This document shows positions 22,409 to 37,574 of a DNA stretch of 64,000 nt, one piece after another. Where the stretch lies: assembly GCF_018350175.1 (NCBI RefSeq), contig NC_058377.1:110050001-110114000 (forward strand). Direction: 5' to 3'. The notes beneath the pieces are model-generated. The model made no database searches and was not told the DNA's origin. It worked only from the letters and a program-made list of their open reading frames with translations. Position numbers and translations under genes: made by a program. Every line of letters begins with the position of its first letter. The first letter of the stretch is position 1. Source of the DNA: Felis catus. Its lineage: Eukaryota.

Positions 22409-23185
22409 TCAGCCCTCACCCACCCCAACAACCCCCATCCCTCCCAGGGGCTGCGTGAAGGGAGGTGGGGAGGACGCAACCAGGGGCCTGGTCATTGTAA
22501 CCCTCTGGGCTTTCAGTTTCTCCAGTTACAGAATGGGGTCACAGGGACAGACCCTGGCTGCCACCCCTCTAAGGTGGCATCTGGGGGGAGGGGGTAAATG
22601 CACTGACCCAAGGCCCACACTGCTGAGTGGGGAGGGGCTTTGCGGGACCCTACCCAGGCCCCTCCCTGACTCTGGTATGTGTGGGGGAAGTGGGAGGTGC
22701 CAAAGCAGGGCAAGCTCCTCGGAGGGTCCTAGTCGGTTGCAAGCAGGCTCCTTCCTGCCCAGGATTTGGAAGTTGGCTGATGGGTCGGACAGCCACGAGA
22801 GGCAGGAAAGGACTCCCCTGTGGAGCCGCACTCGGCCCCAGTTCCGAGCCCCAGGGAATGTGCAGTGCCTGCAGGAATGTGCAGGGAGCTGCCGGGAGCC
22901 CCAGGCCGGCCCAGGGGGCCTGGCAGGACTGGGCGGGGGGGAGGGGGGTGGTCGGGACGCCGCTCCCGGCCGCAGAGCATCCCAGGGCGCCTTCGGAGCG
23001 GGGTCCAAGGTGAACCAAGAGGGGACAGGCTGGGTGGCCACAGGGAGTGGGGACAGAGGGTGGGGCGCCGCGGAGGGGAAGGGCTCCTCGGACTCGCGAC
23101 CCCCACCCCAGCCTCCTGCGGCCCCGCCCCCGCAGCCCAGCCGGGTCCCCCGCCCGCGACCCCAGTCCCGGCCCGCCGCGCTCAC

Positions 23186-23460
23186 CGGGGACGCCGGGGA
23201 CTGCGGCACCGGCCTCGGGCGGCTCCGGATCCCGGCCTCTGGGAAGCAGGAAGCGGGAATCAGGAAGTGACAGAGGAGCCGGGGGCAGGGGGCGGGGGGG
23301 GGCGGGGCGGGGGCTCGCGGGGGCGGGGCCGAGGTCACGCGCGGAGGGGCGGGGCGGGAGACTGCGAGCCGCCCCAGGAGGCCAGGAGCACGGGGGCCAC
23401 GGGGGCGCAGGGGCGGGGCCTGGGCGAGCCCTGCCCCTCAGGCACCCGGGCCCCTCTAGG
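23186..23460 (-). promoter_or_regulatory. CORO1B non-coding exon 1 (~23270-23186) and CpG-island promoter
   Basis: Donor G|gtgag at 23186/23185; ETS motif and a cluster of GC boxes at 23280-23420. Confidence 0.7.
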
Positions 23461-26400
23461 GCAAAGGAGCAGGGGTGGGGCCAGAGGGGCTGCAGGTGCG
23501 AGGCGCTGCCCGCCCGCAGACCGCTGCCCCTTCGCCATCCTCTCCTCTGGCGGAGCCCTCGGGAGTACGGGCATTGGGTGCAGCCCGCCGTCCCAGTCCC
23601 CATCCCCATCCCGGTGCATTCTTCCGGGTCCCCCGGCCCACCCCCCACCCACTCCAAAAATACAGTATCTAGTCTGACAGCCCGTGTGTTCACGTGCCTC
23701 TTTTTAAGGGTTACAAAAGTACACGCTCTTGACGAACAGTGTAAATGCACCAGCGGTGCGGTGTTTTAAGGGGTGAGCGGAAGGCCCCAGCCAACCCCTT
23801 CTTTCCCCTGAGCACCCCCGGGGTCTGCCGGGCCTCCTTATTAAAAATAGAAATGGGGACATGCCCTCTGCCAGATGGCTCACACCTTCCTTTCTCTTCC
23901 CGACCATCTCCCACGGAGGCCTAGTGGTCTGTCTGCGGATGTCTCCCTCCTAGCTAGCTCCTGTGACGGGGCCCAGCCTGGCCTCCCTAGATCTACCCTA
24001 TCTCTGTCCGTGTCCCACCCCGGGGGGACTTAGGTGTCTCTGTAGGTCGGACAGGCAGATCTGCCCCCTCTTCCCCGGGGCTGGTGTCCCCAGGGCACTG
24101 GCCGCCTCCCTCAGTCCTTCCTTGAGACCCTGATCATCACCCCTTGGTCACCTTTTTCTTTTTTCCCAGAAAAAGGGGGGGGGTGGTAGGTGGGAAGAGG
24201 AGGGAAGAGCAAAGCTAGAAGGGGGCTTGTCTGGGGCTGCAGGAGGCCCCACTGTGTGTCTGACACGGGCTGGGGCTCGTACCCTACTCACTGCTTTCCT
24301 CCCCTGATGAGGAAACGACTCAGAGAGGGGTGCCTGCCCCAGGTCACCCCGCCGAGATTTAGTTCCCATCTGTTTGGCTCCAAAGTCCTTGCTTTTCCCT
24401 TTGTTCCATAAACCGTGGGGCAGGCAGACCCTTCCAAAAAAGGACAGGAATGAGGGTGCTTTGGAAGAGGGAGTGTCACATTAGCCTCTCTCTCTGTTGC
24501 AACAGCCACAGGTCTGTCTAAAGCCCAGATAAGACACCCCCTACCCTAAGCCCTCCCTTCCCTCCTCCTTGAAATAACGTGCCCCGTCATTGCATACCCC
24601 TCCCCCGTTTGTTACCTTCCTCTGCCCTGTCCCTGCACGTGGCCCAGTGACACTGATCCTCTTGTCCCCGAAACAAACCACCTTCCTTCCCACTGCGGGG
24701 CCTGGGTACATCCTGTTCACTCCATCTGGAAACGCTTCCCTCAGATTGTGAAAAGGCCCCAACCCTCACTTCCTCCAGGGCTCTGCCCAAATGTTGCCTT
24801 CTCAAAGGGCCCTCCCCAACCAACCCCTCACTGGTCACGCTCTGGCCCTGACTTGTTCCCCCCATATCCTTCTGAATCACGATCTGACGTCGTCTTGTGT
24901 AACCGTTGTGTATTCGCTTTCTGTCTGCCTCGCCCCGCTAGAATGTCAGCAAGTGGAGGGTAGCACCCGGTCTTTGGTCTCGTTCCCCACCGTGTCGAAG
25001 CACCTAGAATGAGACCTAGCGCTCGGCACGCGTTCAATTCGTGTACGTTGAGTGAAAGAACGACAGCAGTCCTGAATGTAGGATCGACGATGTTCGTATT
25101 CACAGCTCTCAGAATGAGTCTCTCCGTGAGGGGCACGTCTCACCTGGAGAAGGCGTGAGTGTCCCGGAAGGCAACAGGAGTCCAGCCCCATGGGGGGTGC
25201 TAGGGGTGAGGTAGATGGACCGAGGAATGTCAGGGATGAGCCCTCCTTTCAACCTCTGTGGCCTCGGGTGTGCGTGTTTCCTCCAAAACAAAACTCTGTG
25301 GGTCACCAGGAGAACTCCTCTTTATCCCACAAAGCCCTTCATGGCACTGCCCTCTCTCCTGGGTCGCGATTACCCATTATGGGTGAGATTCCCCCTCAGG
25401 GACCTTGGAGATGGGGCTGCCCCCCCTCTCCGAAATGCCGGGTTTGGAGTGGGGACCAGAGTTGATGGCAGGTGGCTGGCGCTGGGGTTTGAGTGCCTGA
25501 TCTGCCCGCCATGTTGAAAAAGCTTTGTGACCGCTATCTGGGAGAGAGGGGAGGGACACTGCAAGACCAGTCCCTGCCTCCAGGGAGGGTGCACCCAATG
25601 GGGTGGGCCAGGGTGAAAGCATTTCTTGCAGAGGGGGAGGCAGTACGGTGGAGCAGACAGAGCCTAGCAGGCAGGATGCTCCCACGTGGGCTCTGGCCCG
25701 TGGGTCAGTCCTGCTCCCAGGCCTGGCCCGGGAACCATCGTTATCACCCCCATTTTACAGATGTGGAAACTGAGTCCCAAAGAAGCCAAGAGCCTTCCTG
25801 AAGATCACACACAGCTGGTGAGCTGTGGAGCTGGGATTCAAAAGACCGCCGAGGGACACCAGCAGCCATGCCCCTAACCCCGCCCATGTGTCTCCAGAAT
25901 GGAAGGCCGGCTGGAGAGTCACCTAGCAAGTGCTCGGTAAACATTTGCTGAAGGACCGAATTCAACAGATGTGTGCCCGTGCAGAAATCGCTGAACGGCG
26001 TCCGTAGTTGGGCCTCGGTGTCCACAGTTCCACCACCAGGACGTGCCCTGATTATGCCCTTGGCATTGCCCCCGCCACCAACACCGCCCCCGCCACCATT
26101 CGGCATCCCCGGGCTCAGTTCATGAGAGCAGCAGCCCTTGCAAGGGGAACGTGACCACCGCATTGTACAGAGGAGGAAATCGAGGCGAAGCGGCAGCCCG
26201 AACCCAGATCTGCCCGCACCTCTCCGGGCCGCCCGCACAGCCTGCTGCCTTTTTAAGGTGGAAGCACCCTGGAAGCATAGCACTTAAGTGTCTGCCGGAG
26301 GGGCGGCTCTCAGCGGCTACAGGTCACAACACTGAGCTACTGGGAAACGACTGGGGGAGGGGGGTAAAGGGGAAGAGGCTCACGATTTTGGAACACAGGG

Positions 26401-27617
26401 CGGGCGGAGGGCGAGCGAGCAGGGGGTTGGTGCAGAAGAGTGAAAGGGAAGAAGGGAAGTGGGGGGGGGGGGTTCAGAATTAGACCTTCGGCCCTTCCCC
26501 GTTTTTCTTGCCGTGTCTGCGCCTTGAGGGGGAGGAGGCTGGCTCTGCCCCAGAGATGCTGTGTGATGGGGGCCTGTGCCCTTTGTGGAGCCACTGGTCC
26601 CCAGGGCTCTCTGTCTGGACGTCTTCCCATCTCTGCGCGTGGGCTGAGTGCATAGGAGGGGTTCAGGTGGAGGCAGGACTGAGCACTCTATACCTGCAGC
26701 CCCCCGTGGGGGGGGCGGGGGGGGGGGCAGGTGGACACTAGTTGAACCCTTCAGTGGAGCAGACGCTCTCTCAGGCCCCCTGGGCATCCGTGGCCCAGAA
26801 CTGTCACGGGCACAGCCGATCTGCCCCAAAGCTCACAAGACCCCAGATGCCCAGGCCGAGGTGGCGCCTCCTCTCCTCCATCTCCAGCCCCTGCAGGGAC
26901 TTCCCTGGATGCCGGCGAATGGAGAACATTTGTTCACTGAGCCCCTGCTGTGTGCCAGGCTCCTGCCGTCACCGGAGCCCGATTTGAATCCGGGCTCGGT
27001 GGCTCTCATCGCCTCCGCTCCCGCTGCCTTGCTGAGGGAGGTCCTGCGCCAGGCTCGCTGCCTGTGGGGGGGGCAGGGGGCTGGTGGACAGGGCTCGGCC
27101 AGCCTGCGTGGGCTCCCAGGACCCCAGGTTCCTTCTGGCTCTTAAATGCCTCCTTTTCTGCAGAGATTTCTTCCTTCATCCTCCTCACGCCCGAGTTAGA
27201 GGGTGAGACAGGGAGGAGAGGGTGGAGGAAGGATTCCGGGGAGATCGGCACAAGCTCAGGGAAGTCCCCCCTGCTGTCTTTCTCCCACAGGACTGAGACT
27301 TGGGGGGCAGGTGGGCAGTGCGGTCCAGGGGTGCTGGAGGACAGAGCCCAGCAGCACCCTGTCGGCTGTGACTGTTGGGCCACTGCGGGGGGGAGGGGGC
27401 AAGCATGGAGAAACTGAGGGGGACCTGGGTAGGGACGAGAGGATCACGACAAACTGCCTGGGACTTTTGGTGCTTCATTTTCACTTCCCCCAAGTCCTCC
27501 TGCCAGCCCCAAGGGACTTGAGGGGGGTTTCTTTGATGACTTCCTCCACGGCTCCCCTCGTCTCGGACTGGCTCTGGCTCTTCCACTGCCCTGATGGGCC
27601 CGAGCTTTCCCAGACCC

Positions 27618-29087
27618 TCAGGTGGGGCCTGCTCCAGGGGCTTCCTCTGGGGGGACGCTGCTGGGACTTTCTCCCTCAGAGTCAGCAGGCACCGCTGGGT
27701 TCTCAGGGGCTTCCGGGGGGGGATCCGCGGATGGGGCAGAAGACGCTTCATCACAGGCGCTGGGAGCTGGGCCGGAGGCCGGTCCGGGGGTCTCGGGGCT
27801 CACTTGTGGCTGGGCCACAAAGTCCAAATGGGGCTGGGACTCAAGGTCCACCTGTGGCCGAACGGAGGCGTTCAGCTGAGGCTGCATCACAAAATCTGCC
27901 TGTGGCTGGGCCACTGAATCTGACCGTGGCTGTGCTGTGGGCTCTGCCTGTGGCTGGGCCACTGAATCCGACCGTGGCTGTGCCGCGGGGTTCCCCCGAG
28001 GCTGGGACACAGCGTCCGACCGTGGCTGTGCCGCGGGGTTCACCTGGGGCTGGGCCCCAGCCACTGGCCCAGGAAGAGTCTGACTCCCAGAGTCCACTTG
28101 GGTCTGTGGCTCCGCAGGCGTGAAGCTTCCGGGCCGTTCTTCACAGAGAGCTGCCGCGAAGGAGGAGAGGACGGCGCGCAGCAGGGCCCGGAGGTCGGCG
28201 CTGGCCAGGAGGCAGAGGAAGGGACTGAGGCAGCTGTTGAGCAGGGTCAGGTAGTCGGAGTAGACCAGCGCTTCCCAGAGCAGGTAGCCGGGGTAGACGT
28301 CCCACAGGAAGGCCAGGTACAGCAGCTGCGCCAGGTGGTAGGGCAGCCGCAAGACCACGTAGGCCGACAGGATGGCCTTGGCCACACGGGCGAAGCCCCG
28401 GCAGGCCGCGGGCCTTGGCCGGCGGCGGCGGCAGGTCCGGGAGGCGGCGGCCTGCGTGAGCACGTGGCAGACGAGAAGCAGGAGGAAAGGCAGGAACCCC
28501 CCCAGGATCTCGAGCATCCTCAGCGGCAGCTCCTCGCCGTCCCAGAAGTCCAGGCAGATGACCAGGTCGTACCACCAGACGGCGGCCTCGGGGAAGACCA
28601 GCCAGGGCACGCTGAAGAGCGTGGCCAGCACCCAGACCCCGGCGCAGACCCAGAGGGGCAGGCGGGCCGGGCGGCGCCCGGGGTACCAGTGCGGGCACAG
28701 GGCCAGCAGGCAGCGGTCCACGCTGAGGGCCGCCAGCAGGAAGAGGCCGGAGGAGTAGGACACACCCCACAGGAAGTAGTAGAAGCGGCAGGCGGCCGTC
28801 CCCAGCGGCCAGTGGCCTCCGTGCTGGATCTCCAGGATCTGGAAGGCCGCTGCCGCCAGGAACAGAAAATCAGAGAGGGCCAGGCTGAGCAACAGCAGGG
28901 CGAGCCGCGTGCCCGCTCCCTGCCGGGCCTGTGAGCCGGCCAGCCATGCCATGAGCCCATTGGCTGGCAGCCCCAGGAGCAGAAGGGCCACCAGGAAGAC
29001 CGTGTCCCAGCCACCCTGGGGGTAGTCGTCTTCATCGTCCGGCTCCGTGCGGGGCCCGTGGCCGGCGGCACCCAGGTTGGCTTCCAT
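27618..29087 (-). CDS. GPR152: Orphan class A GPCR GPR152, single coding exon, 489 aa from the strong-Kozak ATG
   Basis: MEANLGAAGHGPRTE.., seven hydrophobic segments, DRC motif, Q/P-rich repeat tail ending APGAGPT. Confidence 0.95.
   Translation of the reverse strand: MEANLGAAGHGPRTEPDDEDDYPQGGWDTVFLVALLLLGLPANGLMAWLAGSQARQGAGTRLALLLLSLALSDFLFLAAAAFQILEIQHGGHWPLGTAACRFYYFLWGVSYSSGLFLLAALSVDRCLLALCPHWYPGRRPARLPLWVCAGVWVLATLFSVPWLVFPEAAVWWYDLVICLDFWDGEELPLRMLEILGGFLPFLLLLVCHVLTQAAASRTCRRRRPRPAACRGFARVAKAILSAYVVLRLPYHLAQLLYLAFLWDVYPGYLLWEALVYSDYLTLLNSCLSPFLCLLASADLRALLRAVLSSFAAALCEERPGSFTPAEPQTQVDSGSQTLPGPVAGAQPQVNPAAQPRSDAVSQPRGNPAAQPRSDSVAQPQAEPTAQPRSDSVAQPQADFVMQPQLNASVRPQVDLESQPHLDFVAQPQVSPETPGPASGPAPSACDEASSAPSADPPPEAPENPAVPADSEGESPSSVPPEEAPGAGPT
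27792..28055 (-). repeat. Coding 24-bp (8-aa) tandem repeat, about 11 units, in the GPR152 C-terminal tail
   Basis: AQPQVNPA/AQPRSDAV/SQPRGNPA/AQPRSDSV/AQPQAEPT/AQPRSDSV/AQPQADFV/MQPQLNAS/VRPQVDLE/SQPHLDFV/AQPQVSPE. Confidence 0.9.
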
Positions 29088-29566
29088 GGCAGTGTCCGTC
29101 CGAGGTCCCCGGTGTGCTGTTGGCCACGGAGCGGGTGCCTGATGAACCAATGAAATCATGAGGGACTGAGTATGAGAGAGGGTGCTGTGTACCTCCAGGC
29201 AAGTCACTGTCCCTCTCTGAGCCATCGTCATCACCTTCGGGGCAGTTAGCCTCTGCCAGGGACTTTACACAGATTACCTCGCGTAGTCCTCAGACACTCC
29301 ATTTTACAGGTGAGGAGAGGAAGGGTCGGAGGATAAGTGACTTGCCCAAGGTCAGAGACAGGACGAGAGGCGCCAGGACTGAGACTCAGACCTAAGCCTC
29401 TGCCACGCGGAATCCCAGTGTGCCCAAGTAGACTGGACCGAGGCTTTAAAACAGATATATACATGTATATACATGTATATTTTACATTTTTTCTTTTTTC
29501 TTTATTTAGTTTTAATTTTTTAAATGCTTTTCTATAAAGATGTCATATCCACATCCTTTAAAAACA

Positions 29567-30025
29567 ATTTTTTTAATGTTTATTTATTTTTGAGAGAGGG
29601 AGAGAGAGACAGAGCATGAGTGGGGAAGGGACAGAGAGAGAAGGAGACACAGAATCTAAAGCAGGCTCCAAGCTCTGAGCTGTCACGGGGCTAGAACTCA
29701 TGAACCGCGAGATCATGACCTGAGCCGAAGTCGGTCACTTAACCAAGTGAACCACCCAGGTGCCCCTTAAATTTTTTTTTAACGTTCATTTATTTTTGAG
29801 AGACACACACACGGAGAAACAGAGTGCGAGTGGAGGAGGGGCAGAGAGAGAGAGGGAGACACAGAATCCGAAGCAGACTCCAGGCTCTGAGCTGTCCGCA
29901 CAGAGCCCGACGTGGGACTCGAACTCATAAGCTATGAGATCGTGACCCGAGCTGAAGTTGGACGCTTAACCGACTGAGCTACTCAGGTGCCCCAGTTTTT
30001 TCTCTTAAAAAAAAAAATGTTTATT

Positions 30026-30079
<54 letters not shown>

Positions 30080-30217
30080 CAGGGGAGGGGCAGAGGATCC
30101 AAAGCAGGCTCTCTGCTCATAGCAGACAGCCCGACGTGGGGCTCGAACTCACAAACCACGAGATCATGACTTGAACTGAATTCAGGCACTTAACTGACTG
30201 AGCCACCCACGTGCCCC
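29567..30217 (-). mobile_element. Three tandem CAN SINEs (~29567-29766, 29771-29992, 30005-30217)
   Basis: Each has a T-rich tail, a (GA)n tract and a ..ccacccaggtgcccc-type head on the + strand. Confidence 0.9.
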
Positions 30218-31659
30218 TCAAACATATTTTTAAAGCTGGTGAATCTTCAAATAAAATATTACAGTGGGGCCCCGGGGATGCTCTAGGGAAGACAATTTAA
30301 AAACCACTCGGTCGGATCATCGGATCATCGGATCATCGCAAGCCCCTTTCCTTCTGGTATCCTGGAGTTCAGGTGTTTAAGATTCCAAGAAGGGGAGGCT
30401 CAGAGTCCCGTGGGCCTGTAGGAGGCCAAGGGTGGGCAGGAGCCTGGGCCAGAGGAGGCCCTTCCCCACAGCAAGTGCAGCTCATGAACTCAGGGTGAGG
30501 TCTGCAACTCAGGGCCCGGCAGCCTGGGGCCAGAAGGGCCGTCCTGGAAGCAGCTGGAGCCCCTTCATCATCCTCGACCCCCACTATGGCCCCGTCCTCA
30601 TTCTCACAGCTCAGGCAGAAGGTGGCCCCTGAGGCCACCATCAGAAGGAGAAGGGGGCTCAGCAGTGTGATGATAGGGGCCTGCTACCCTTCCCCCCCCC
30701 CCCACTCCGCCCGCCTTCCCTCACTGGCCCAGGAGGTTTCCCTTGGAGCACGGAGAAAGTCCTCATGGCAGTGCTGAGCCAGGGGAGGAAGTAGGTGCCC
30801 CAGAAAGGCTGGATCCTGCCCGTGGCCCATGGCTCCAGCCCCTTGGCCTTCAGCCCTGTGGCTTCCTCTCCCCTAGTGCTCAGGCAGACCCCACTCTGCA
30901 AGCTCCGGCCTCTACTGGATCAGAGCCCTGGGCTCCCCCGAGCCCCAGCAGGTGAGGCCTGGCTTACCTGTGAGGTGCAGGCCGCTGGCCGGAAGGAGCA
31001 GGGGCGTGCCTGCCTGCCCAGTGGTCCAGCCATCTGCCGGGCCCCACGCCGGGGCCTGGGACATGGCGCCTGGCGGCGCTAAGGCGGCCGACGTGAAACC
31101 CAAGCTGAGAAGACATCAAACATTCATGGGCATGGGGCTGCTCCCTGGGAAACCCTAACCCCCGCTCAGCAGGGCCGAGTGACCAGCCAGGCCACCCCAT
31201 CCCTGACAGAGCCACGTGGTTAAAACCTCCTCGGCCTGGGCCCCTCTGCCTCAGGGCGGGCTCTGGGTCCCCCCGGGGGCCACCTCCTCCGAAATCACCC
31301 CCATGTCCCTCAGTCTCTGTGATCTGGCCTCGCTTCCTCAATTTCACAGACCCTCTGCCCCAGCCACGATGTCCCCGTGAGGGGCAACTCTCCTATCCCT
31401 TCCCACACTCCTTCTCCTGAGATGACGTCCCTCCTTGCTTAGCTGAGTCCTGCTCGTGTCACACAACCCGGCTGAGTCCTTGACTCCAGCAATATTGCCC
31501 CCATTTTATAGATCGGGTGACTGAGGCTCAGGGAGGTGAAATGGTTGGGTGTCCCAGCTCCTGAGGCCACTTAGGAGCCGGAGTCCGAAGCTCACCGTGT
31601 CCCGGCACCCTTGTCGCTGAGGGCAGTTCTCTTGACCCATCTGTCTCTGCCCTCAGGCA

Positions 31660-31770
31660 GAGGGCCGGGATTAGGGCCCGGAGCTGCCTGCCTCACTTAC
31701 CCTAATCCCCCTCAAGGCTCGATCCCAGGCAATCAGCTCTCAGGGCAGGGGTGCGTAAGCAGCTTTATGG
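31660..31770 (+). promoter_or_regulatory. CABP4 proximal promoter with CRX/OTX-type sites
   Basis: GGATTA 31668-31673, TAATCC 31703-31708, AATCAG ~31731, all within 170 nt of the ATG. Confidence 0.6.
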
Positions 31771-31831
31771 TCCCTGAGAACCAAGGGTGCTCCCTGGTGC
31801 TGCATCTCAGAGTTCTGTCGCCCCTCTCCAC

Positions 31832-34403
<2,572 letters not shown>

Positions 34404-34739
34404 AGTTCTAGAAGGGAGAATGCGTTACCCCGCTGGCCCCAGGCCAGCAGGGTTCATGCCGTACGCCCTCCCCCTGAGGCCTCAGAATGGAAGACCACCC
34501 AGCAGCCCTCAGGCTTCTTCGGTCCTTGACAACACCTGGCTGGAGAGCTGGCTCGATGTCACCCACCCCCCTTCATTCTCACCTTCCTCCCACCTGAGCT
34601 GCCCGGAGGGAACCTGCACTCCGCCGTCCATCATTCTCCAGGGTGAGCAAGATTTGGATCTCTCCACACCCTCGGTGGGTAGCAAGCTCCCTGGCACCGC
34701 AGTATCAAAGACAGGGGCGGGGCGTGGAGTTGGGGGGAT

Positions 34740-37140
34740 TCTGGAAACATGGTGAATTGAGAGCGTGGCTGGATGCCTCCCACTACCCGTGTAAAAATGT
34801 TAAAAAGACAAAAACTGAACTTGAAAGAAAGCCAGGGATGACCCCAGTACTAAAGACAAAGCAAGAACTCAGAGCCGGGTGGCAGGAGAGAGGGGACAGC
34901 ATGGGGGCTTCAGATGTGGAGAGAGGTTCAGAAGCCTGGGCTCTGACACCCACGGATGACAGAAGACCTGTAAGAGGCTGGGGAACAGGACAGGAGCCTG
35001 AGCACCTTCCCGGGTCTCAGAGGGCTACCCTGTTCTTGAAAAGGGGACCAAAAGATACCTCCATCTACCAGCGTGAGAAAGTAGCAAGGGTACGGACGTC
35101 TAGGGCCTTGAGTGGACAAAGCTACCCTAAGGAACCCGGGACTCAGGCTGGCACATGAGGCAGGAGTGTGGTCTATCTCCACGGTACGGGAAGCTGAAGA
35201 AATAGGGAGAAGATACCGGAAGAGCACTCCTCAACCCAGAGCACATGGGACTTAACAAACAACAGCCCTGTCACTTCTGAAGATGAACTCATGACAAAGA
35301 ATCACAGATCACATGGGAAAACAAGTCCCCGTGAGGGAGACGAGGCAGATGCAACAAACAGGAAAATCAGCACCCCCAAGCGTAAGTAACAGAAAAATCC
35401 GAAAGAGACCACAAAGTCAATGCAAACAGAAATGATATAAAAGAAGGGAGAGAGGCCAATAGGTAGTAACGGGATGGTAGGAAACAGAATAGGAAGATTA
35501 ATAAGAATAAAAGCATTTCTGAAAATAAAGGAGATAGCCATTGGAATAAAAAAAAAATCAACGGGTTGGTTAAACAGCAGATTAGACACCATCTGAGAGA
35601 AGATTAGTGAACGGGAAGCTACATCTGAGGAATCACCTATAAGGTAGCCCTGAGGGATAAACAGGTGGCAAATATTAAAGACTAGTTAAAAATCATCAGG
35701 AGTCTCAGGAGAAAATACAAAGAATGGACACGAGGCAACCCTCAAAGATGTGACGGCTGAAACCCTTCCATAAAGACTTCCACAAAGACAAATGCCCAGA
35801 TGGAAGGAACACAGTGGAGCCTCAGAAGGATGAACAGAAACAAATATATATCTAGATGCATTCCAGCAGAACTCAGAACACAGAAGAAAACCTTATACAC
35901 AATTCAACTGGAGACAAAAGTCAGATTACTTACCGAGGAGCAGAAATTAGGCCCTACGAAGGCTTCTTCTTCTTCTTTTTTTTTTTTTTTAATGTTTTAT
36001 TATTTATTTCTGAGAGAGAGAGAGAGAGAGAGAGAGAATGCGAATGAGGAAGAGGCAGAGAGAAAGAGGGAGACACAGAATCCGAAGCAGGCTCCAGGCT
36101 CCGAGCTGCGAGCACAGAGCCAGATGCGGGGTTTGAACTCATGAACCGTGAGGTCATGACCTGAGCCGAAGTCGGTAACCGACCGAGCCACCTAGGAGCC
36201 CCTCTACAAAGACTTTTCATTGGTTACAATAAATGCCAGAAGACAGTGGAATACATTGTTCAGCATGCAGAGGAAAACAATTGCCAGCCAAGAAGACTCT
36301 ACCTCACTCAATCGTTATTCAAGAAGGAAGGTGAAATATCAACTTTTTTCAGGAAACGGAGGCTGGTAAGAGTTTCCTACCCATGTGCTCTCATTGAAGG
36401 GAATTTCCTTCAGTAAGAAGGAAATTCAGACCAGAAGAAAGGCGAGTATGTACTAAAGTATGGTCAGGAAAGAGATCAGTACGCATATTTGTGGAGCTAA
36501 AGAGGCAGTAACGATAAAAAAGTTAAGTTGGGGGATTTTAAAAATAAGGAGGGACTAAAATAATAGACAAAATAAAACAGAAGACGGGAGGGAATACTTT
36601 AGATATGCTAAAATCTTTTTCTCATCTTTCCTAGAGGAGAATAGATGCATTGGTCAGCTTCAGACTTTGTTAACCATTTAAGAATAGCCATTAATACAGG
36701 GCGCCTGGGTGGCTCAGTCGGTCAAGCGCCTGACTTTGGCTCAGGTCGCGATCTCACGGTTCCTGAGGTGGGGCCCCCCATCGGGCTCTCCGCTGTCGGC
36801 GCGGAGCCTGCTTCGGACCCTCTGTCCCCCTCCTTCTGCCCCTCCCCCGCAATAAACTTCAAAACAGTGCAAACCTTCATCTTTCATTTTGAAGCCATTA
36901 ATATACCAGAAATAGAGATAGAATGTTCCCTTCAATGGTCCAATCCGTAGAGGAAGAAAAGAGGGAAAGTGAAGAATTCTTAATTAAACCAGAAGACTAG
37001 ACAGCGGGCGGGGGGGGAGGAAGTAAAGAAAAACCTGATGAAAACATTAAAACAAAGTAAAACAGAAGATAGGAGTAATCCCTAAACATATCAAAATTAC
37101 AACAATTCTAAGCAGATTAAGCTTTTTGGTTAAAAGAGAG
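34740..37140 (+). mobile_element. Ancient L1 (L1M-type) 5'/ORF1 remnant, interrupted by SINEs (~35965-36202 minus, ~36699-36860 plus)
   Basis: A-rich; 'ttaaacagcagattagacacc...gaagattagtgaac' is typical of L1M ORF1; no intact ORF. Confidence 0.65.
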
Positions 37141-37164
37141 TCTCAGTCCCAGAAGAAAGTTTCT

Positions 37165-37399
37165 TTTTTTTTTTTTTTTTAATTTTTTTTTTTCAACGTT
37201 TATTTATTTTTTGGGGGACAGAGAGAGACAGAGCATGAACGGGGGAGGGGCAGAGAGAGAGGGAGACACAGAATCGGAAACAGGCTCCAGGCTCCGAGCC
37301 ATCAGCCCAGAGCCCGACGCGGGGCTCGAACTCCCGGACCGCGAGATCGTGACCTGGCTGAAGTCGGACGCTTAACCGACTGCGCCACCCAGGCGCCCC
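37165..37399 (-). mobile_element. Young SINEC_Fc-type SINE with 16-bp TSD
   Basis: Near-consensus, CpGs intact; TSD tcagtcccagaagaaa at 37143-37158 and 37400-37415. Confidence 0.92.
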
Positions 37400-37574
37400 T
37401 CAGTCCCAGAAGAAATCCAACGTTCCTCGTCTGGACACAACGATCGATGTATTTTTCAACTGAAGAAGAAAGTTGCATTTAGAGTTTAGCTATTCATGAT
37501 CCCCTGAGGATAGTGTTACTGTCAACCCAGTTTGGATTTCAAAAATTAACCAGCAAAAATCAAGCACTTTAAAT

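Noticed and set aside
27203-28934. Long + strand ORFs antisense to GPR152
   Set aside because: Explained by the GC content and the 24-bp repeat of the real CDS
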